IMG/VR virus record: IMGVR_UViG_3300035498_000956
Source of the DNA: a virus
Taxonomy: Duplodnaviria; Caudoviricetes
Reading direction: 5' to 3' (one strand)
Length of the DNA: 64,000 nt
Shown one piece after another: positions 29,401 through 38,657 of this stretch. A program made the position numbers and the translations under genes. Position 1 is the first letter of the stretch. Each line of letters opens with the position of its first letter. Under the pieces are notes generated by a model that was given only the letters and a program-made list of their open reading frames with translations, had not been told where the DNA came from and searched no databases.

Positions 29401-32400
29401 AGGAATAAATGCTCATTCAGAGGGTAGAACAACTAAAGCTATTGGCGATTATTCTCACGCTGAAGGTGGCGGAACTACAGCAAGTGGTTCTACTTCTCAT
29501 GCTGAAGGTGGTGGCGCAACTGCTTCTGGAACAGGTGCACACGCAGAAGGTGGTGCTACTACAGCAAGTGGAAATAATTCTCATGCAGAGGGTGGAGAAA
29601 CCACAGCAAAAGGACAATATTCACACGCTGAAGGATACAAATCTATTGCTTCAGGCTTAAATTCCCACGCAGAAGGAGAAGAAGTTGAGGCTTCAGGAGA
29701 TACCTCTCATGCAGAGGGTTATAAAGCTCGTGCACTTGGTAAATATTCTCATGCAGAGGGTGTAAATGTTCAAGCAGCTGCAGAATCAACTCATGCAGAA
29801 GGTATAGCAGGCATTGCCAGTGGATATAATTCACACGTAGAAGGAAATGCAACATATGCATCAAGCGATTCAGCTCATGCAGAGGGCGAAGAAACTGAAG
29901 CAAGTGGATATAATGCACACGCAGAGGGTAATAATACTGAAGCAAGTGGAGATTACTCTCATGCTGAAGGTTTAGGTTCTACTGCAAATAAACAAGGTGC
30001 TCATGCAGAGGGCAATAGTACAGTAGCGAGCAGTTATAATGCTCATGCTGAAGGCGATAGTACAGAAGCAAGTGGTCCTAATAGCCATGCAGAAGGATAT
30101 AAGACTGTTGCTTCAAATCCATATGCTCATGCAGAAGGCATAAGCAGTACTGCTTCTGGAAATGCTACTCATGCAGAAGGTAATAGCACAATAGCGAGTG
30201 GAGATTATACTCATGCAGAAGGTTCTGAGTCTCAAGCAAGTGGTAAATATACTCATGCAGAAGGCTATAACACTACAGCAAGCATGATTAGCTCTCATGC
30301 AGAAGGCTATAAAACAACAGCAAGTTCATCATATTCTCATGCAGAAGGTGTTAGCACAATTGCAAAAGCAGCGAGTGCTCATGCAGAAGGAAATACTACT
30401 GTTGCATCTGGTGAAAATTCTCATGCACAAGGATGGGGAACTATTGCTGCTGGTGCTAATCAGGACGTTTCTGGTAAGTGGAATATTGCTGATGATACAA
30501 AAAGATATGCAATGTTAATTGGTGATGGTACATCTGATACTAATCGTCATAACTTATTTGGCGTTGGTTGGGATGGAAATATCTACATTAATGATATTGC
30601 TATTGATTTTACTAAACTTAATAATCTTAAAATTGAAGAAATTGACAGTGATGATACTACAGCAATAAAGGCATATAGATTAACTGATGGAACTGACACT
30701 TTAGGAGATATTATCAACATTCCTAAAGATTTAGTTGTAAAATCAGGTGAAGTACTTGAATGTACTGAAGAAAACAAGCCTCTAACTGGTTTGAAGGTTG
30801 GAGATAAATATATAGATTTGACTATTGCTAATTCTGATAACACTCATATTTACATTGATCTCAAGGATTTAGTTGATCCATATGAATTACCAATAGCAAC
30901 TGACACAATTCTTGGCGGCGTAAAAATTGATAAGTATACAATTCTTAGCAAAGATGATGGTACAATTTATGGTGTTGGCGCGGATGTAACTGGTAATGAA
31001 TTTTCAATTACAACAACATCTGATAGTAACATAGAAACTACAACGTCATATACAGCAGGGACTGGAGCAGAAGTCTTTAATGTATCTCAAAAGACCGCTA
31101 AAGGTATAATTAATGAAAATGTTGCGGCTGGTAATTATTCTCATGCAGAAGGTTTTGCAACTCATGCATTAGGAAATTACTCACATTCAGAAGGTAATCA
31201 TACTACTGCATCAGGAGATAATGCTCATGCTGAAGGTATTGCAACTGAAGCTCAAGCTAATTTCTCTCATGCTGAGGGTCAATCTACTATTGCATCAGGT
31301 TTATCAGCTCATGCAGAAGGAGCTGAAACTCATGCAACAAAAGATAATGCTCATGCTGAAGGTTCTAATACTACTGCTAGTGGATACAATTCCCATGCAG
31401 AGGGCGCATCATCTCAAGCAACAGGCGATTTAGCTCATGCTGAAGGTCGTACAACTACTGCAAGTGGAGATTCATCTCACGCAGAGGGATATCAAACTCA
31501 AGCAACAGGTTATGTAACTCATGCAGAGGGCGTATCTACAAATGCATCAGGAGAATATTCTCACGCAGAGGGCAATGCTTCAATTGCAAGTGGATCTGTT
31601 TCTCATGCCGAAGGTAGTCAAACACAAGCAAATGGTATTAGTTCTCACTCAGAAGGATATTTTATTGCAGAAACGGATGATACTAGTATAATTTATACTA
31701 TAGCTGATGGAACAGGCTCTCACGCAGAGGGCGTTGGTACTCATGCTATTGAAGAGGGGTCACACGCTGAAGGTTATAATACTATTGCAGGTCAAGAAGA
31801 AATTAAAAATGATTCAGACGAAATTACACAACAAAAGAGTACATATTGTCATGCAGAAGGATATAAGACTCAAGCTACTGGAGATATATCTCATGCAGAA
31901 GGTTGGAATACTCTCGCTAGTGGTACAAGATCTCACGCAGAGGGCGGAAAAACTACTGCAAGTGGAATTTATTCTCATGCAGAAGGAGTCAATACTACTG
32001 CAAGTAAGAGTTCTGCTCATGCAGAGGGCACTTCTACTAAAGCAATCGGACTCGGTTCACACGCAGAAGGCTTATATACTACTGCAAGTGGTAATTATGG
32101 TCATGCCGAAGGTAGTAATACAGAAGCGACTGGATATAACACTCATGCAGAAGGTGTATGGTCTATTGCAAGCGGCGGAGCTTCTCACGCAGAAGGAACT
32201 TCTACTAAAGCACAAGGCGGCAATTCTCATGCAGAGGGTAGTAATACTACTGCAAGTGGTAATTATTCTCACGCAGAGGGTACTGAATCAGTAGCATCTG
32301 GTGAAGCATCTCATGCACAAGGTACTGGTACTATCGCCGCGGGCGAAAATCAAGATGTTCTAGGTAAATGGAACATTTCTGATGACACTGAAAAATATGC

Positions 32401-34504
32401 GATGTTGATTGGCGATGGTACAGATGATGATAATCGTCATAATCTATTCGGTGTAGGCTGGGACGGAAATATCTATATCAATGATATTGCTATTGATATC
32501 AGAAAAATGGGAGATTTTAAAATTGAACAAATTGACAGTAGCAATAATTCAACAGTTAAATCCTATAGATTAACCGATGGAACTCAAACTTTAGGTGATG
32601 TTATTGATATTCCTAAAGACTTGGTTGTAAAATCAGGTGAAGTTCTTGAATGTACTGAAGATGATAAACCTTTAACTGGATTAAAAGTCGGGGATAAGTA
32701 CATTGATTTGACTATTGCTAATACAGATAATACTCATATTTACATTGATTTAAAAGATTTAATCGATCCATATGAATTGCCAATTGCTTCAGATACAGTT
32801 CTTGGCGGAGTTAAAATAGATAACTATACAATTTTAAATACAGAAGACGGAACAATTTATGGTGTCGGCGCGGATGTAACTGGTAATGAATTTTCAATTA
32901 CTACCACTGATGCTGACAATCAAGATGTTACAAAGACATATACTGCTGGTACGGGAGCAGAAGTCTTTAATGTATCTCAAAAAACACCTAAGGGTATAAC
33001 TAATGAAAATATTGCAACTGGTAACTATTCTCATGCAGAAGGATTGAATACTAAAGCATTGGGAAATATGGCACACTCAGAAGGTAATAGAACAACGGCT
33101 AGTGGATATTATGCTCATGCCGAAGGTTATAGTACAACTGCAGAGGGTTATAATTCTCACGCAGAAGGATCAGGTAGTTCTACATCAGGAAGTGCTGCTC
33201 ATGCAGAAGGATATAATACAATTGCTAGTGGCCATAGTGCTCATGCAGAAGGTAATGCTTCTACAGCTTCTGGCGCAACTACTCATGCGGAAGGTTCAGG
33301 AACTCAGGCAACAGGAGATACGTCTCACGCAGAAGGTAATACTTCAATAGCAAGCGGTAATAGTTCTCATGCTGAAGGTAGCACTACAATTGCGAATGGA
33401 TTTAGCTCTCATGCAGAAGGCTCTGATTCAACTGTTGTTGGTGATGCAGGTCACGTTGAAGGATCTGCTAATATTTCTGCTGGTGAAGGTTCACACGCCG
33501 AAGGCGGAGCAACTCATGCTGGTGTAGATAGTAGTAATGTTTCTATTGATGATGATGGTAGCATTTCTATAGCAGAAGAAAATCAAGTTAATTATTGTCA
33601 TGCTGAGGGTTATGGCACTCAAGCAAGTGGAGTAGCTGCTCATTCAGAGGGATATCAGACAAAAGCTACTGGAAATTATTCTCATGCTAGTGGCAATAAG
33701 ACAATTGCTAGTGGTGAAGCATCATATGCACTTGGATATGACACTTTAGCTTCTGGAATTGGAAGCTTCGCGATAGGTATAAATACTCATGCTATTGGTG
33801 ATTATAGCCATTCAGAAGGTAGCGATACTTACGCTTATGCTAAGCGCTCTCATGTTGAAGGATCTTTAACACATACAGGAAATAATGATAAAGTATTTAC
33901 AGCTATCAATTTTTCAAATTCTTCCACAACAGAACAAGAAGTAAAAGAAGTAATTGATTTTAATAATGATACAGGTCAGAATGCCCATGCAGAGGGCGAT
34001 GCTACATACGCTTTAAGTTTATCTTCTCATGCAGAAGGCATTGAATCAATATCTGCAGGAAATTATTCTCACGCTGAAGGTCAAAGCACAGCAGCTTTAG
34101 GTAAATGCGCACATTCAGAAGGCTATTACAGTAAAGCTAAAGGAAGTTCCTCTCATGCAGAAGGTTCAGGAACACTAGCACAAGGAGAATATTCTCATGC
34201 GGAAGGCCTAGAAACAACAGCACAAGGAAATTATTCTCATGCTAGTGGGCAAGGTACAGTAGCAGCAGCAGACGGATCTATGGCTATTGGTCAATATAAT
34301 ATAGCTGATGAAAATTATGCATTTACTATTGGTAATGGTACTAATAAGAACGATCGTAAAAATGCATTTGCAATTGACTGGAATGGTAATATTTACTTAG
34401 GTGATACTACAGAAGGAATTAACTTAAATGATTTAAATGAAATGTTAGGTAACATTAAAGATGTTTTAGACACTATTGTAAACGCGGGAGGTAGTGAAGA
34501 ATAA
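26471..34504 (+). CDS. Giant fibre/adhesin: collagen-like Gly-X-Y segments plus YadA-head-like (S)HAEG repeats
   Basis: Many GxDGxD/GEKGDT triplet runs in the first ~880 aa, then three blocks of ~14-aa SHAEG repeats, each ending in a IGxGT...R.N.F...W.GN unit. Confidence 0.8.
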   Translation: MFHPFLGYHGGSGDGSGGSGTDGRGIDSISFTSSTGGSTAGIAGATDTYTIVYTDGSTSTFKVQNGADGKVGSDGKDGKDGTNGTNGIDGKDGQSAYEIWRDNLDPDGSVDEFLLYIKGKTGADGQDGESLDYTWDGTKLGIKKESETTYTYVDLQGPQGEKGADGTNGKDGTNGVDGAQGPAGNDGEDGISVTDAKIDDNGHLIVTLSNGKTIDAGNAKGADGLQGENGADGTNGSDGQDGQDGKSAYRIWLDLGNTGSEQDFIDSLKGDKGDTGETGANGQDGQDGTNGTDGVDGVSLDFQWDGTKLGVKTSEQTEYSYVDLKGEKGDQGEQGVAGENGKDGEDGEDGFSPVIEVFKHVMTWTIATSETPGNVAYYNNDTSVTKFDLTGRDSVDIICWWFANSNVTDSIDLQIDFYKDGQIVKTDTVDAVTSRQLEYETTDYDYLTITSPNNINATGQIVYNDETQDAGYFLKITYKENDIFQTIVTENLKGSDGVDGEAGATGTDGISVTDAEVDENGDLIITLSTGDKINAGHVKGEDGIDGEAGGAKGDKGDDGRGIKSVSVDEDGNIYVTYTDETTEYVGKIEFTGIKGDQGEKGDTGEKGEQGADGRGIASTSIDEDGNLSVTYTDNETEVVGNIKGPKGDTGSAGQNGVDGDDGISITNAEVNSDGDLIVTLSNNTTINAGNVMGDDGDDGRGIKSVAIDLTGNLTVYYTDDTEESVGNVKGPQGEKGEKGDTGEQGEQGLQGEKGDTGEQGIQGEQGIQGEQGIQGEKGDKGEDGISITDASITDEGTLKLEFSDGSSKDVGKVVGADGQDGTNGTDGTNGTDGKDGVSPTITENPDNTSKVYKLNITNADGTVIITPNLKGADGDGTGDNTSTILIDNFTIKKTSEDEDGVIYGAGADITGTTYTIDNDYNISLLDDAAEISDTTSTTQAGTGAEIFNVSRQNFGDTNTNYAVGNYSHAEGTGTTAVGINAHSEGRTTKAIGDYSHAEGGGTTASGSTSHAEGGGATASGTGAHAEGGATTASGNNSHAEGGETTAKGQYSHAEGYKSIASGLNSHAEGEEVEASGDTSHAEGYKARALGKYSHAEGVNVQAAAESTHAEGIAGIASGYNSHVEGNATYASSDSAHAEGEETEASGYNAHAEGNNTEASGDYSHAEGLGSTANKQGAHAEGNSTVASSYNAHAEGDSTEASGPNSHAEGYKTVASNPYAHAEGISSTASGNATHAEGNSTIASGDYTHAEGSESQASGKYTHAEGYNTTASMISSHAEGYKTTASSSYSHAEGVSTIAKAASAHAEGNTTVASGENSHAQGWGTIAAGANQDVSGKWNIADDTKRYAMLIGDGTSDTNRHNLFGVGWDGNIYINDIAIDFTKLNNLKIEEIDSDDTTAIKAYRLTDGTDTLGDIINIPKDLVVKSGEVLECTEENKPLTGLKVGDKYIDLTIANSDNTHIYIDLKDLVDPYELPIATDTILGGVKIDKYTILSKDDGTIYGVGADVTGNEFSITTTSDSNIETTTSYTAGTGAEVFNVSQKTAKGIINENVAAGNYSHAEGFATHALGNYSHSEGNHTTASGDNAHAEGIATEAQANFSHAEGQSTIASGLSAHAEGAETHATKDNAHAEGSNTTASGYNSHAEGASSQATGDLAHAEGRTTTASGDSSHAEGYQTQATGYVTHAEGVSTNASGEYSHAEGNASIASGSVSHAEGSQTQANGISSHSEGYFIAETDDTSIIYTIADGTGSHAEGVGTHAIEEGSHAEGYNTIAGQEEIKNDSDEITQQKSTYCHAEGYKTQATGDISHAEGWNTLASGTRSHAEGGKTTASGIYSHAEGVNTTASKSSAHAEGTSTKAIGLGSHAEGLYTTASGNYGHAEGSNTEATGYNTHAEGVWSIASGGASHAEGTSTKAQGGNSHAEGSNTTASGNYSHAEGTESVASGEASHAQGTGTIAAGENQDVLGKWNISDDTEKYAMLIGDGTDDDNRHNLFGVGWDGNIYINDIAIDIRKMGDFKIEQIDSSNNSTVKSYRLTDGTQTLGDVIDIPKDLVVKSGEVLECTEDDKPLTGLKVGDKYIDLTIANTDNTHIYIDLKDLIDPYELPIASDTVLGGVKIDNYTILNTEDGTIYGVGADVTGNEFSITTTDADNQDVTKTYTAGTGAEVFNVSQKTPKGITNENIATGNYSHAEGLNTKALGNMAHSEGNRTTASGYYAHAEGYSTTAEGYNSHAEGSGSSTSGSAAHAEGYNTIASGHSAHAEGNASTASGATTHAEGSGTQATGDTSHAEGNTSIASGNSSHAEGSTTIANGFSSHAEGSDSTVVGDAGHVEGSANISAGEGSHAEGGATHAGVDSSNVSIDDDGSISIAEENQVNYCHAEGYGTQASGVAAHSEGYQTKATGNYSHASGNKTIASGEASYALGYDTLASGIGSFAIGINTHAIGDYSHSEGSDTYAYAKRSHVEGSLTHTGNNDKVFTAINFSNSSTTEQEVKEVIDFNNDTGQNAHAEGDATYALSLSSHAEGIESISAGNYSHAEGQSTAALGKCAHSEGYYSKAKGSSSHAEGSGTLAQGEYSHAEGLETTAQGNYSHASGQGTVAAADGSMAIGQYNIADENYAFTIGNGTNKNDRKNAFAIDWNGNIYLGDTTEGINLNDLNEMLGNIKDVLDTIVNAGGSEE
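30420..33085 (+). repeat. Internal ~770-bp duplication in the fibre gene (~30420-31195 and ~32310-33085)
   Basis: Near-identical NQDV.GKWNI...PKDLVVKSGEVLECTE...GNYSHAEG modules at a constant offset of 1890 nt. Confidence 0.85.
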
Positions 34505-35490
34505 TGGCTACAATTGCGGAACTCTTAAACGAATTAAAAGTTCAGCAGAAAAATTTAGCAGCTAATCTAACTTCCAAAGGAGTCGAAGCCGAGGGGACTG
34601 AGAAACTTAATACCTTAGTCCCTAAGGTATTAGATATTCCTGTTGATGGAATAGATACAAGTGATGCTACTGCTACTGCTGATGATATTTTATTAGATAA
34701 AACGGCATATGCCAATGGGAAAAAGATTACTGGTACTATTCTTTTACAAGAAGAACAAACAATCATTCCTTCTACTATTAATAAAACAATTAGTAAGGGA
34801 ATCTACATAAATGGAACTCAAACAATTCAAGGTGATGAAAATTTAATTCCCGAAAATATTAAAAAGGGGGTTTCAATTTTTGGAGTTGAAGGTACTTGTG
34901 AAGGTGGAGGAGATTCAACAGAAACACTAGACTCAATTCTATTTGACTCTTCAAGTTTTTCAAGTGCTCAAGAAACACTTAGTGCTTATGGCGACTTAAT
35001 TTATATTACAGAAGACGATGGTGCAAGCTTTACTAAATTATCAGAAACTGATAAAATTGATAATACAGATAATCAAAGTTATATTGGTGACAGCACTCGC
35101 CGTTATGGTATTTATATGGGTAACTGGGCAGATAATACAACAAAAAATGGCATTTTGTTTATGAATCCAATTCAACTTAGTGCATCTCATATTTTATTCG
35201 TATTTAATTGTAATATTAATAGCTGGGCAAGCCAAACTCTTAATATGTATGCTATTAAAGCGACAGGAGAAACTGCAGATGAAATTGTAGCTTCTGTAGT
35301 AGAAAAAATTGCAGATGAAGATTTTGCAGCTACACAAACGGTTTCAATTAGCGGTACAAATAGTAATACTAATTATTATATTCAAGCAAATGACATTTTA
35401 ACCGCGGGAGATTACTATTTATATATTACAGGAACTCAAAAGGGACAAAATGATTTCTCATATGTCACTGTACAGGTAATCAATTATTAG
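34504..35490 (+). CDS. Tail/fibre-associated protein
   Basis: DTSDATATADDILLDKTAYANGKKITGT and NLIPENIKKGVSIFGVEG motifs typical of phage tail proteins; coupled to the fibre gene. Confidence 0.6.
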   Translation: MATIAELLNELKVQQKNLAANLTSKGVEAEGTEKLNTLVPKVLDIPVDGIDTSDATATADDILLDKTAYANGKKITGTILLQEEQTIIPSTINKTISKGIYINGTQTIQGDENLIPENIKKGVSIFGVEGTCEGGGDSTETLDSILFDSSSFSSAQETLSAYGDLIYITEDDGASFTKLSETDKIDNTDNQSYIGDSTRRYGIYMGNWADNTTKNGILFMNPIQLSASHILFVFNCNINSWASQTLNMYAIKATGETADEIVASVVEKIADEDFAATQTVSISGTNSNTNYYIQANDILTAGDYYLYITGTQKGQNDFSYVTVQVINY

Positions 35491-35500
35491 AGGTGATCAT

Positions 35501-35911
35501 ATGTATAGAATATCAAAAACAACTGTTGATGAAAGTAGTTATGAACTACTTTGTAGAACAATTTATAAAATAACTTTAAGAGAAAATATTAAAAAAGTTG
35601 TTAAAAATTATACATATAATGAATATAATACCATCATTCAATATGATGGGGACGATATTCTTCAATATATAGCAGACAATAGAGAAGCTTTAGTAGTGCA
35701 AGCAAAGAGGGATGAAGACGTTCAGACCGTTACAGATAAAATTGATAGTTATAATGCTAAGTTAACAAAATATAGTAAAAAATTTGTTAATCTTTATCAA
35801 GATTATCTAGATGGTAACGCAACAGAAACAGAATTAAATGTTTTGTTAAAAACCATTTCGACTCTACAGTCTTCAATTGAAACGCAACAGACAGAGTTGA
35901 CAAATTTATAG
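35501..35911 (+). CDS. Hypothetical protein (possible fibre chaperone)
   Basis: 136 aa, coiled-coil C-terminus, located after fibre genes. Confidence 0.55.
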   Translation: MYRISKTTVDESSYELLCRTIYKITLRENIKKVVKNYTYNEYNTIIQYDGDDILQYIADNREALVVQAKRDEDVQTVTDKIDSYNAKLTKYSKKFVNLYQDYLDGNATETELNVLLKTISTLQSSIETQQTELTNL

Positions 35912-35923
35912 AGGTGAATATAA

Positions 35924-37519
35924 ATGGATATTAAATATAAATTAATAGACGTATCAAAGCATAATGGGACTATTGATTTCTCAAGAGTAAAATCAGCAGG
36001 AATTGATGGCGTTATAATTCGTGCTGGGTATGGTAATAGCACAACTGATCCAAAGTTTGTAGAATACATTAAGGATGCTACAAATGCTGGTCTTCATGTT
36101 GGTGTCTATTGGTTTGGTTATGCTTATACAGATGCTTCTGCAAAACAGGAGGCAGAATATTGTATTAGCGTTCTAAAACCATATCTTGGTAAAATTGATT
36201 TACCAGTTTATTACGATTGGGAATATGATAGTTATAATTATGCTGTTAAGAACGGTGTGACTCCAACTAAGGCTACAATTTCTCAATGGACTAAAACATT
36301 CTGTTCTGCACTTGAAAAAGCAGGTTATTATGTTGGTGTCTATGGTAATGTTGATTATCTAACTAATTACTTTACTGATGAGATTAAAAAGAATTATACA
36401 ATTTGGGTAGCTCAATGGGCAAGTAAATGCACTTATAGTGGCAGTTATGATGTATGGCAATATGGAGCAGAAACTAATAAGATTGATAGTCAATATGTCG
36501 ATGGTATTAGTGGTGTTGTTGATAAGGATTATTGCTATGTTGATTTTCCATCTATAATCAAGAGTAAAGGATTAAATGGATATACTGCAACTAAAACTAC
36601 TGATACAACTACAACTACTGATACAACTACTAAATCAACTACAACAACTACTAGTTCCGCGGCGAAAAAAGGTGACGTTAATAATGATGGAAAAGTTGAT
36701 GTTAATGATTTAGAAACTCTTGAACACGCTTATCTATATAAAGAAACTGATAAACTTGATAGTACTGCGGCTGATATAAATGGCGATGGTAAAATTGATG
36801 CAAGTGATGTAACGGAATTAAAGAAAACTCTTATTGAGAGCGGACAGAGTGTTACAACTACTACTGATTCAACATCTACCAAAACAGAATCTACTACAAC
36901 CAAAACAGAATCTACTACAACCAAAACAGAATCTACTTCAACAGCAACAGAATCTACTACGACTAAAACAACTACAACCTATCCAACTTTAACAAATTCT
37001 GTAGTGACTTATTCTCTAACGAAAGACGGTAGTACATATCTAAGCCCTCATTTCCAAGTTAAAGAATTTGCGTCTACAAATGGCACGAAAACTTATTCAG
37101 ATGATGTTTTAATTCATGGTAATCTAATCACAATGCTAGAGCAACTTTATGATAAACTAAATTGCACATCAATAACAATCAATAGTGGCTATAGAACCGC
37201 AGCTCATGATAAAGCAATCGGCGGCTCTGGTTCTGGTCAACACGTTCTTGGTAAGGCGGCTGATATCGTTTGCAAGAACAAGGATGGCGTTATAAATGCA
37301 AAAATAGTTTGTTGCGTTGCAGCCGATTTAGGTTTCGGTGGTGTAGCTAATATTTCTAGTAAATATCAAGCAGTTCATGTTGATGTAAGATCTGGTAGTA
37401 AGTACTATGGCGATGAAATTAAAGGAACTAGTTCAATTTGGAAATACAACTCTAAGTGGACTGATTTCTATACTTACTTTGGATTAACTGCTTCTGATGT
37501 AGCTAAATATACAGCATGA
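35924..37519 (+). CDS. Modular endolysin: GH25 muramidase - Thr linker - dockerin - Thr linker - peptidase M15
   Basis: IDVSKHNG, IRAGYG, YDWEY (GH25); GDVNNDGKVDVNDL and ADINGDGKIDASDV (dockerin); SGYR, SGQHVLGKAADI, VHVD (M15). Confidence 0.9.
   Translation: MDIKYKLIDVSKHNGTIDFSRVKSAGIDGVIIRAGYGNSTTDPKFVEYIKDATNAGLHVGVYWFGYAYTDASAKQEAEYCISVLKPYLGKIDLPVYYDWEYDSYNYAVKNGVTPTKATISQWTKTFCSALEKAGYYVGVYGNVDYLTNYFTDEIKKNYTIWVAQWASKCTYSGSYDVWQYGAETNKIDSQYVDGISGVVDKDYCYVDFPSIIKSKGLNGYTATKTTDTTTTTDTTTKSTTTTTSSAAKKGDVNNDGKVDVNDLETLEHAYLYKETDKLDSTAADINGDGKIDASDVTELKKTLIESGQSVTTTTDSTSTKTESTTTKTESTTTKTESTSTATESTTTKTTTTYPTLTNSVVTYSLTKDGSTYLSPHFQVKEFASTNGTKTYSDDVLIHGNLITMLEQLYDKLNCTSITINSGYRTAAHDKAIGGSGSGQHVLGKAADIVCKNKDGVINAKIVCCVAADLGFGGVANISSKYQAVHVDVRSGSKYYGDEIKGTSSIWKYNSKWTDFYTYFGLTASDVAKYTA
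36878..36961 (+). repeat. 21-bp tandem repeat in the lysin linker (TKTESTT, 3 copies plus 1 degenerate)
   Basis: ACCAAAACAGAATCTACT(A/T)CA repeated. Confidence 0.8.
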
Positions 37520-38361
37520 TAGAAAATAATGTAAAAAATATTGATGGGCTTGATGTCCATCAATATTCTATTATACAGAACAATAGGACAAATCTTGATA
37601 TGCCACAAAGATTAATGAAAAAAATTACTGGGATTTCATTATATCTTGAGGAACATCCAAATACTTATTCGGTAGAGGATTATCTAAATGATTTGTTTAA
37701 TGGGGACAAAAAAGATTTTAGACCTCATTTTATAATTGATAGTAATCAAGTGTGGCAAATTTTGCCGCTAAAATTGTGTGGGTGGCATAGTGGAAAAGGT
37801 GGAGATGTCAGAAATAGACAACACATTTCAATTTTATGTATAGATATTCATGCGTTTGGAAGCGTTAGACAATTAATGGCAACGTTAATGTATCAGTTTA
37901 ATATTTCAACAGATGATATTTATTTGTCAGATGGTTTTTCTTCTATTGATTTTAAATCAGAAAAAGAGGAATTAAAACAAATGGTAATTGATAGAAAAAT
38001 TTTACATGGAGATAAGGTTATTTTGCCGTTTAAAATTAATTCAAACTTTTGGAAGAATTGCTCCACAGATGGTGAGATTTATAGTATTAAAACTCCTATA
38101 CAAAATTTTGAATGTGAGGGAATTGAATTTCGTACTCATACAATAAATGGAAAATGGACAGAATGGACTACTGGAGTAGCATATAAAATCAATCGTAGCC
38201 CTATTGATTTAATTGAATTTAGATCTCCTCAGTATGAGATTTATTATAAAGTTGGTAAGATGATTGGAAAAATGTCGAAATGGCAAAGTTCTGGTTCATA
38301 TGGACAACAAATTAATAGAATACAGATATATGTGATTAAAAAGGAGGGAGAGGAATGTTAG
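37516..38361 (+). CDS. Amidase_2-like protein, probably degenerate, with a Trp-containing C-terminal region
   Basis: HFIID..VWQILPL..GWHSG..G..RQHISI pattern; canonical first Zn-ligand His not evident. Confidence 0.6.
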   Translation: MIENNVKNIDGLDVHQYSIIQNNRTNLDMPQRLMKKITGISLYLEEHPNTYSVEDYLNDLFNGDKKDFRPHFIIDSNQVWQILPLKLCGWHSGKGGDVRNRQHISILCIDIHAFGSVRQLMATLMYQFNISTDDIYLSDGFSSIDFKSEKEELKQMVIDRKILHGDKVILPFKINSNFWKNCSTDGEIYSIKTPIQNFECEGIEFRTHTINGKWTEWTTGVAYKINRSPIDLIEFRSPQYEIYYKVGKMIGKMSKWQSSGSYGQQINRIQIYVIKKEGEEC

Positions 38362-38657
38362 CAACTCTTTTTGGAATTGATTCTACTACCTTATTAGGGT
38401 CGATTAGTGCTTTGGCGGCGATAACGAGTGTTATAGTAGAGATTTTAAAGAAGATTTTGCCAGATAAAGTACCTACACAGATTGTGACTTTGATTGTGGG
38501 AATAATTGTTTCTTTGGTTTGTGTAATATTATTTTCTGGGATTAGTGTTTCTTCTATTGTTTTAGGAATATTAGAAGGATTTGGTGTTAGTTATGCTTCT
38601 ATGTATGGATATGATACACTTAAGGATATTATTGATAAATTTGGTGGTGATGAGTAA
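38355..38657 (+). CDS. Holin
   Basis: 100 aa, ~3 hydrophobic segments, VEILKK and SMYGYD, next to lysins. Confidence 0.75.
   Translation: MLATLFGIDSTTLLGSISALAAITSVIVEILKKILPDKVPTQIVTLIVGIIVSLVCVILFSGISVSSIVLGILEGFGVSYASMYGYDTLKDIIDKFGGDE

Noticed and set aside
30420-33085. Diversity-generating retroelement template/variable repeat pair
   Set aside because: Both copies are in frame within one gene, differences are not adenine-specific, and no reverse transcriptase is in the window.
28049-33350. Many short antisense and alternate-frame ORFs inside the fibre gene
   Set aside because: Shadow ORFs produced by the repetitive codon pattern; no RBS or independent features.
29360-34250. CRISPR-like array (recurring TCTCATGCAGAAGG every ~42 nt)
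   Set aside because: These are in-frame SHAEG protein repeats with synonymous variation; no cas genes are present.
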